From IMG/VR virus record IMGVR_UViG_2871215625_000007, positions 3,472 through 67,471 of that record: a stretch of 64,000 bases of DNA, one strand, 5' to 3'. Shown here piece after piece: positions 57,519 through 64,000 of this stretch (the first letter of the stretch is position 1; each line of letters begins with the position of its first letter). The stretch comes from a virus (Duplodnaviria > Caudoviricetes). A model generated the notes under the pieces. The model was not told where the DNA came from. It searched no databases and saw only the letters and a program-made list of their open reading frames with translations. A program made the position numbers and the translations under genes.

Positions 57519-58132
57519 TAGTCAGCATCCTTCAGTTTCTCTATTTCAGCTAATAACTCCAATGTCTCATTAGATGCCTGATTTAATTGGAGGGTTACTT
57601 TTTCTTTACTATTTTGCTTTTCAGACAATAAGTCATTAAGCGTTACTTTTTCTTGTCGAGATTTAATGACAGTTGACAGTAAATCCTCTTTGTCAGCGTT
57701 TGCTAGGGCTATTTGAGCTTTCAGGCTTGTCTTGGCCTTACTGTTTGCATCCGTTCTATTACTGCTTCGTACAGCTCGTTTTTGTAATGTATTCTGAAAT
57801 TGTTTACTGTTTGATTTAACTTTAGTTGCTATTTCAGTAATGGCTTTCTTTAGATCGTCAACGTACTTAACTGGAATGACACGCGTGTTAAGACGAACTT
57901 GAAAAATAGAACCTTGCGCTGTAGCTTGTAAAACTAGCTTTTGGCCATCACTAAAATGCAATGTTGCTTTTTTTGTTTGGACGCCTGATTGACGTTTAGG
58001 TTTATTGTCTGCTTCCACACTGGTTACAGATAAGTTTTGATTTTGAAATTCATCAATAACTTTTTTCAGTCCTTTTTCATTAAACTGATCAAAGTCGAAC
58101 GAGAGATATTTCACGAGAAACGCTCCACACAC
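57518..58132 (-). CDS. hdf: Hdf (DarA-fragment homologue); start probably GTG 58114
   Basis: FDQFNEKGLKK...SGVQTK..FSDGQ...GSIFQVRLN. Confidence 0.8.
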   Translation of the reverse strand: MCGAFLVKYLSFDFDQFNEKGLKKVIDEFQNQNLSVTSVEADNKPKRQSGVQTKKATLHFSDGQKLVLQATAQGSIFQVRLNTRVIPVKYVDDLKKAITEIATKVKSNSKQFQNTLQKRAVRSSNRTDANSKAKTSLKAQIALANADKEDLLSTVIKSRQEKVTLNDLLSEKQNSKEKVTLQLNQASNETLELLAEIEKLKDAD

Positions 58133-58149
58133 TTTATTTAAGTTACTTG

Positions 58150-58183
58150 ATGGTAGAGCTGAGGGATGATTGATGCAGCAACA
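58150..58183 (-). promoter_or_regulatory. Putative late promoter TGTTGCTGC-N19-TACCAT (dar operon)
   Basis: Motif with the conserved spacing. Confidence 0.7.
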
Positions 58184-58234
58184 GGAAAATATGTGTTAGC
58201 CACCAGGTTTGGTAGCTAACGATAGTAAACTTGA

Positions 58235-58795
58235 TTAGATATTATGCAGACTTTCAAGGTGTCGTAATCGCTCATCCATCTTCATTTGTCGTGATGAATT
58301 ATCAACAACTAAAGCGGCTAGTTCTGCATATTCACTCTGTGTAACGGATTTAGCAGCATACGTCTGCGTAATCATTTCAGATGTTAAACGTGTAGTGCCA
58401 AGCGGAACATTGAGTGTTGCAATGACGAGATGATCTGAATTGATCGTTTCTTTTATTAATAATTTTACAGTTGATTCTTGATAACGAGCATATGTTGCTT
58501 CTAAAACAACGTGCTGAACTTTACCCGCAACTACACCCAGTTGTTTTTTAGATGATTTTGGCATTCTCGCCGTTAGCGAATACGTTCCGACTTCAATAAT
58601 TGCAATGTTTTGATCACCAAGACCTGAAATTTCAACACTCAAACTAGAAGTCGGCGTTACCTTGAAACCAGAGTACACCCCTTTATTAACGATTCCATGT
58701 AATTTTTGATTCATTGATGCACCCGAATAGTTTTCCCTCCAGGCTGTATCTATTCTCAAATCATCATCCGGTTGTTGTGGCCAACTGTTACTCAT
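58235..58795 (-). CDS. Short tail-fibre anchor: N-terminal domain of P1 S only
   Basis: WRENYSGASMNQKLHGIVNKGVYSGF...IATLNVP.G...TSEMI matches the S N-terminus; ends at 186 aa with a coiled coil. Confidence 0.7.
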   Translation of the reverse strand: MSNSWPQQPDDDLRIDTAWRENYSGASMNQKLHGIVNKGVYSGFKVTPTSSLSVEISGLGDQNIAIIEVGTYSLTARMPKSSKKQLGVVAGKVQHVVLEATYARYQESTVKLLIKETINSDHLVIATLNVPLGTTRLTSEMITQTYAAKSVTQSEYAELAALVVDNSSRQMKMDERLRHLESLHNI

Positions 58796-59244
58796 TATGC
58801 ATCTCCAATTGGAAAGTTGATGTATGGATGTGTGTTAACACCTTCACCTGGTGTTACCCAGTCAGGTAAATCAACACTGACAGCAACGATGTCACCGTCT
58901 TGGTCGTGAAGTGTTGTTAAGCTGTATTCTCTCGGTGATGAAAGAGTATTCTCTGCCATTATACAGCGAAACATTAAACGACCTTCGCTATAAATAATGT
59001 CATCTGAGTTGAATTTGTTTTCATAAAATACATTTTCAACTGTGTTTTTATTTGGCGGGAAACGCTTTAACGTTGGTGGATTTGTTGCACGAGAAATTAA
59101 TGATTCATCATGTGAAAATTTGAATGATGAAACAATTAATTGAGGGGCCTTGCCGCCAATAGATAAAGCATTCTTTTTATAAAAGCGTGGTAGCAGTTCA
59201 GCAATCTGCCATGGCGAATTTGATGTGGTCATTATTTTTCCCAT
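58795..59244 (-). CDS. P1 gpR-like tail fibre/baseplate protein
   Basis: About 145 aa between gp16 and S. Confidence 0.65.
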   Translation of the reverse strand: MGKIMTTSNSPWQIAELLPRFYKKNALSIGGKAPQLIVSSFKFSHDESLISRATNPPTLKRFPPNKNTVENVFYENKFNSDDIIYSEGRLMFRCIMAENTLSSPREYSLTTLHDQDGDIVAVSVDLPDWVTPGEGVNTHPYINFPIGDA

Positions 59245-60707
59245 AAAGGAGCATCTAAAGGTATGTAATCACTAGGAATTTCATCAAAACCTAGCCAGTT
59301 ATTCGTATTTATAATTGTTTGTTGAATTAGTTCTGTTTTTGTTTTCCCTCGTATTTTTTGTACGTCAACAGGAGAGATATCTAATGGTGACGTATCAGTG
59401 GCAAGGCCATCAAAACTACGATCTAATGAATACCAATATTTAGACCCAAGATAAGATGATTTTTTTTTCATCTTTGTTGTTAAGGATTGATTTTCAAAAG
59501 AATAAGTTATCTTTGTTGTACCAATACAACCTAGAGGACGGAGTATATCTCCTTCAGTTCCAGCAATAGGAACCTGCCGATCTTCCATGTTGACATATAG
59601 ATCAAGGGACCACGGGATTCCGCCTATTTCATACTGTGCAACACTGGTTTTGTATCGATAATGGTCAACATAGATAACAGATTCATCTAATTGTGATATG
59701 TCTGTAGAGACACAATCAAAACTATTTATTAATGAGTACCAGTAATTTGCCCCAAGATAAGAGGGTTCTTTTGTTATTGTTGTTAGTAATGACTGATACT
59801 TAAGGGAACAAGACGACAGTGAGGTATTAAAACAACCCAATGGGGGAAGGATGTCTCCTTCAGTTCCAGCAATAGCAACTAGACGATCGCCGATATCAAG
59901 ATAAATATCGAGAGACCAAGGCATCCCTCCTACTTCATATTTACTAATACTGTTTGTAATACCACGATAATGCGTAATACCAATTGGTGAGATATCCAAA
60001 GGTGATGCGTCGGATATAACATCATCAAAACGATCCTCTAGTGAATATCTATATCTCGACCCAATTGTGGATAGCGTGATACGAGGGCACGTAATTGGCA
60101 ATTTTGGGTAGTAAAAATCAATTGTTAGTAGGAATACTTCACCGTCATAAACAATATGAGTCGGCCTTACACGTTCAATTTCACGACGTGCAATAGAGAC
60201 AAATTCAAGCTTAGTCATGCCAATTCGGTGTAAGTGCCCTAAATCCACCAGCAATTTACCGCGAGAGGTTAACCAATAATCATCTTTATTTTTATTGAGG
60301 ACGTCTAATTCAAAAGTGCTATATAGATGCTCTTTATCATAGGTTCCATTAGGTGCCCAAACGCGCTCCCATTTAGCCGGAGAGCCATTAAAATTACGAG
60401 TTAACAGCGATTCAACTAAAAGAGCGGTGTCTTTTTGATGTATTTCTTCTTTTCGCCATAGGACGGCAAGACGCTTGCTAGATTTATCAATGGGCAATGC
60501 GACATCAAAAAAATCCCCTAATTCAGCGATTCGTTTATTGAGGTCTTCTGGCGAGGCTGTAAATATATTGTGGCTATTTTCAAATACTTGCAGGTCATCA
60601 AAGAAATGTGTTTCCCAGTATTCCTCTAATGCCTGTGCAAGCTCAACCCAACGGGCAGAGCTTTTTTTGTTATCTGTGAGTCTTTCGACTAGCCAGTTTT
60701 GAGCCAC
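59232..60707 (-). CDS. P1 gp16-like baseplate wedge protein with internal ~102-aa repeats
   Basis: WLVERLT..K..S.RW..LA, PTHIVYDG, repeated FD....D..PLD. Confidence 0.75.
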   Translation of the reverse strand: MAQNWLVERLTDNKKSSARWVELAQALEEYWETHFFDDLQVFENSHNIFTASPEDLNKRIAELGDFFDVALPIDKSSKRLAVLWRKEEIHQKDTALLVESLLTRNFNGSPAKWERVWAPNGTYDKEHLYSTFELDVLNKNKDDYWLTSRGKLLVDLGHLHRIGMTKLEFVSIARREIERVRPTHIVYDGEVFLLTIDFYYPKLPITCPRITLSTIGSRYRYSLEDRFDDVISDASPLDISPIGITHYRGITNSISKYEVGGMPWSLDIYLDIGDRLVAIAGTEGDILPPLGCFNTSLSSCSLKYQSLLTTITKEPSYLGANYWYSLINSFDCVSTDISQLDESVIYVDHYRYKTSVAQYEIGGIPWSLDLYVNMEDRQVPIAGTEGDILRPLGCIGTTKITYSFENQSLTTKMKKKSSYLGSKYWYSLDRSFDGLATDTSPLDISPVDVQKIRGKTKTELIQQTIINTNNWLGFDEIPSDYIPLDAPLWEK

Positions 60708-60737
60708 GATGTTATTCCCGTTATATATTAATTAACG

Positions 60738-60771
60738 AGAGTAACGGGTAAGACAATGGCTCGCCACGACA
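60738..60771 (-). promoter_or_regulatory. Putative late promoter variant TGTCGTGGC-N19-TACTCT
   Basis: Degenerate motif with the same spacing. Confidence 0.5.
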
Positions 60772-60816
60772 TAATAATTTTGCTGAAGGTTGGCACCTAC
60801 GATAAGGTGCCCATAT

Positions 60817-62235
60817 TTAGTAAGTAATGCTGGTGGGTAAATTTAGAAAGGCTAATGATGCATCAAAGTCAATGCTAACCATTTGTTTGAGGTTTTGCGG
60901 TTCTGTTGTGCCTACTAACTCAATGTAAATATCATCTTCACTAGCAAAAATATTCAGATTATTCATTGATCTATATAAGTCTCGTTTTAGAGCTTTTTCT
61001 TTTCTGTTAACGGAATTTTTGTGATAATTATCACTCAACACTTTAATAATCGCTTTGCGAGCATCTGATAACATAATATCTCGTTTAATTTTCCCTTCAA
61101 TTTTAGCGATAAAACTTACTTCTTCTGGTGGCATAAGAGAATATCGACGATTAAGTTGCGGGATCACTGTTTTAAGTGTTTTTTCCACTTTTTGCGCAAT
61201 ATTAGGATCGGTAGGTGAGTACAACGCAACAAAAACTCTATTAACCCATTGTTCATCCATCCGTCCTTCCATTTCTTCCTGTTCTGACTCTCCCCACACT
61301 TTGCACCAAAGAACACCAGGGTAATGTCGCTTTATAAAGAAACTATAATCATCATCAAAGACGTGATTATCATCATAGAGTTCGTAATATAATGAATTCA
61401 CTTTAATTTCTTCTGTACTTTCAGCTTCCGTTCCTCCAATGATGCCCCCTATTGTAACAAACTCTAATTTATCATCTGCATTTTCTGGATATAGAGGGGT
61501 AAGTGGTTGCTTAGGCATTAATTTTATATCAGCTTTTGTTAACCATAAATCTACTTTGACTTTACTGTTAGCTTTTGGGATAAGGCCAAATATATTGTTA
61601 CCAAACCTGATGCCAATCTGATCTGTATGAGAGTAAAACTCATCAAATACTGCATCTCTTCCGTTTACATTCCTGAACCTTGGCGCAATAACCCACTCTT
61701 TGTAATACCCATCTCCTTGATCTACAAACACGTTAAATTGATGTGTTTGACGGCTTATTTCACGACCAAATAAAAATTCAATAAATGGCTTTTCTTGTTC
61801 TATTGTAAAGTACAGGCTGAGCTTTTCTACTTGAATTACATCTGTTATTTTTGTGGTATGGCTATCAATAGCAACAGCATCTACCAGCATGTAATGTACC
61901 TGATTTTCTGATATCAATGGATAATGAGCAGGTAGACCTGATGGGTATTCTGATTTGTTTTCGATACTGATAGGACCACGACTTGGCAGTGGTTTTCGAG
62001 GTATATATTGTTTTCCTTCAGCCAACGCTAATATAGAGCCGCGATTAAGTGCTGTGCTTGAATATCCTTCTTGTCTTGCTCGTTCAAGTTTATTGAGAGC
62101 AAATTCAAGGGCTAAGCCTTGGAAAATATTTACACCTTGCATTACTTGACTATCAGCCAATGGTTCAAGACTTGGTTTTGTCTTGAGAATATCCGTAAAG
62201 CTAGCACGAGCTGCTTGTTTATTCTGATAATCCAT
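60817..62235 (-). CDS. bplA: Baseplate wedge protein BplA (gpJ/gp6-like)
   Basis: STALNRGSILALAE, IRFGNNIFGLIP, VWGE.EQE. Confidence 0.8.
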   Translation of the reverse strand: MDYQNKQAARASFTDILKTKPSLEPLADSQVMQGVNIFQGLALEFALNKLERARQEGYSSTALNRGSILALAEGKQYIPRKPLPSRGPISIENKSEYPSGLPAHYPLISENQVHYMLVDAVAIDSHTTKITDVIQVEKLSLYFTIEQEKPFIEFLFGREISRQTHQFNVFVDQGDGYYKEWVIAPRFRNVNGRDAVFDEFYSHTDQIGIRFGNNIFGLIPKANSKVKVDLWLTKADIKLMPKQPLTPLYPENADDKLEFVTIGGIIGGTEAESTEEIKVNSLYYELYDDNHVFDDDYSFFIKRHYPGVLWCKVWGESEQEEMEGRMDEQWVNRVFVALYSPTDPNIAQKVEKTLKTVIPQLNRRYSLMPPEEVSFIAKIEGKIKRDIMLSDARKAIIKVLSDNYHKNSVNRKEKALKRDLYRSMNNLNIFASEDDIYIELVGTTEPQNLKQMVSIDFDASLAFLNLPTSITY

Positions 62236-62237
62236 GT

Positions 62238-62579
62238 TTACCTCAATGGTAATAATTGTTTATAAAACCCGTACTTATGTTGTATTTCAATTGAAAACTC
62301 ATCAAGAGAAGGAAATGAAACACGAATACTGTGAATAATCAGACCTTTTACATCGATGGGTAATTTTTCGAAAATTGCCATTTCCATCATTACAGCATCA
62401 TCTTCTGTTTGCGTAATAAAATGAAATGGAGATAAGTTATGGCCCCAAGCAGGATTATCGGCGATTGTGTGTTCTGCATTTGAGAACCATTCACTAATAT
62501 TATTATCCATGGCCTTACCGTCAGTAACTATTTCAAAACCGCCACTGTCAACATTTAGAAGGTGGTTGAGCTCTTTCAT
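62238..62579 (-). CDS. pmgA: PmgA-like (gp25/W-type) baseplate protein
   Basis: 113 aa, EWF....I.D.P.WG motif, lies between sit and bplA. Confidence 0.7.
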   Translation of the reverse strand: MKELNHLLNVDSGGFEIVTDGKAMDNNISEWFSNAEHTIADNPAWGHNLSPFHFITQTEDDAVMMEMAIFEKLPIDVKGLIIHSIRVSFPSLDEFSIEIQHKYGFYKQLLPLR

Positions 62580-62580
62580 T

Positions 62581-64000
62581 CTATATCCTATCGTGGGCCA
62601 TCAGAACTAATGTCTTATCATCAAATTCAGTATTAATTTGTTGATTAGATGATGATTGTTGCGTTCGATTAGAACCACCATAATGTCCAGATGAAGCAGA
62701 TGCAGCAACATTGCTTTGTTGTGTTTTGTTTAGTGCATCTTCAAATACTTTTCCCATTTTCTTATAATCAATCTCAGTTCCTGTAATTTCTTTTATCGGC
62801 TGAGGTTTGTTAATTGGGTTAATTTGTTGTTGAGATTTAGGGATTTCTGGCAATGTCACTTTTAATTGCTCTGCTGATACTTCTTGTACAGCATGATTTT
62901 TAATTTCTTGTTGTTTTACATCACTATTATTTGATTCTTTTATACTGCTAGACGTGGTAACGATAGTGGGGATTGAAGCGGTTTTCTCTGTTGCTGAAGT
63001 TTGAATATTCTCCCTTGCAGCTTTTGTAAAACCATCTGTACCTTTCATTTGATCAGTGATTGCTTCACCAACTATATCTCCACCTTTAGAACCTAACCAG
63101 CCACCCAATGCCGCACCAAGCAAGCCCCCAATTATTGTACCAACAACAGGCACAACAGAGCCCATAGCTGCACCAGCCATCATTCCGGCGGAGGCTCCTC
63201 CCATTGATCCTGCAGTGGTTGCACCTACTTGGATAGCCTTTTGTCCACCTGTTAAATCATCTCTGTTTTTTATTTCATCATATTTAAAGTAACCAGCGGT
63301 TAATGCGGCAATAGGAGCAGCGGCCTTGCTTGCAACGCTACCAACACTTTTTAAAGCACCACCAGCAATTTTTCCACCCGCTTTTACTGTATTACCAATT
63401 GCAGAGTTACTTATGGTTGATTTTGTTGTAGAAATGGCATTTTTAACTCCTTCAGAGACTTTAGAAAACTTACCTCCTTGTTTAGATATAAAATCAGGGA
63501 CAGGTATTTTACTTTTTACCTTGTCTACCATTCGACCTATACGGCTACGTTTACTGCTACCTTTTGGACCTTTACGGGGGCCTTTTTTATCACTATTGCT
63601 TTCCCCCCCTAACATATCGAAGAGAGAATCGGCCATACTGCTTTCTTCACTTCCACCAAAGCTCTTTTGCTTGATGGTTTTAACCAATTCCTTATGGTTC
63701 TTATTTGTAGCGAGAACCTGCTCATCAAGGCGATCGGTAATGCTATCTGTTTGCTTGTCTTTGTCTCTTTCCATTGCAACAAGAGCAGAACCTGCCTGAG
63801 CGCTCTCGTTAGAACTAGCTTTGAGTTCAGGTGTTATTTGCTTGTTAGTGGTATTTGGTTGATATTGATTTAATATCTCCTTGATATCTGATTGATTGCT
63901 ACTGTTTTTCGATTCAATGCTTTTCACATCTTGATACTGATCTGAAACGCTTGAATGCTCGGACTTGCTGCCAATGGCAACCTGTTCGGATTGAGAGTGA
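62581..64000 (-). CDS. sit: Tape measure protein (Sit-like), 5' end beyond the window
   Basis: Gly/Ala-rich GAAMGSVVPVVGTIIGGLLG segment; frame stays open from 63927 to the window edge. Confidence 0.75.
   Translation of the reverse strand, partial: HSQSEQVAIGSKSEHSSVSDQYQDVKSIESKNSSNQSDIKEILNQYQPNTTNKQITPELKASSNESAQAGSALVAMERDKDKQTDSITDRLDEQVLATNKNHKELVKTIKQKSFGGSEESSMADSLFDMLGGESNSDKKGPRKGPKGSSKRSRIGRMVDKVKSKIPVPDFISKQGGKFSKVSEGVKNAISTTKSTISNSAIGNTVKAGGKIAGGALKSVGSVASKAAAPIAALTAGYFKYDEIKNRDDLTGGQKAIQVGATTAGSMGGASAGMMAGAAMGSVVPVVGTIIGGLLGAALGGWLGSKGGDIVGEAITDQMKGTDGFTKAARENIQTSATEKTASIPTIVTTSSSIKESNNSDVKQQEIKNHAVQEVSAEQLKVTLPEIPKSQQQINPINKPQPIKEITGTEIDYKKMGKVFEDALNKTQQSNVAASASSGHYGGSNRTQQSSSNQQINTEFDDKTLVLMAHDRI

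Noticed and set aside
58140-58148. AAGTTACTT, identical to the P1 late operator as recalled
   Set aside because: Single occurrence noticed, lying downstream of the predicted -10; other late operons lack it.
1-64000. tRNA, rRNA, IS elements, reverse transcriptase/DGR
   Set aside because: No cloverleaf, transposase or RT motifs recognised by eye; tRNAscan-SE/Infernal would be needed to exclude small RNAs.

Overview
The window is most of a P1-like (Punavirus-related) phage-plasmid, probably from Vibrionaceae, judged from a close VCre homologue with a VloxP-type site and the AT-rich composition. The minus strand carries P1-syntenic morphogenesis operons: pmgC-like/bplB/pmgG/21/22/23; 5/6/24/7/25/26; pacA/pacB with a GATC-cluster pac site; a lysis cassette; pro/prt; ulx/darB/ddrB/ddrA/darA/hdf; and S/R/16/bplA/pmgA/sit. 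Plasmid functions are two separate iteron replicons (Rep_3-type and TrfA-type), a ParA plus a small partner, and three tyrosine recombinases. Accessory cargo includes a HipA-like kinase/DUF3037-like pair beside the lox site. Reading the sequence directly shows a probable late-promoter motif (TGTTGCTGC-N19-YAnnnT) before six structural/lysis operons and a recurring hydrophobic-hydrophobic-Asp motif in head proteins that flanks a pyrophosphatase-like domain fused to DarB. It also shows a truncated/split tail fibre, three KorC-like operators and dispersed 11-bp-phased repeats. All homology calls come from remembered protein families and synteny, not from database searches.
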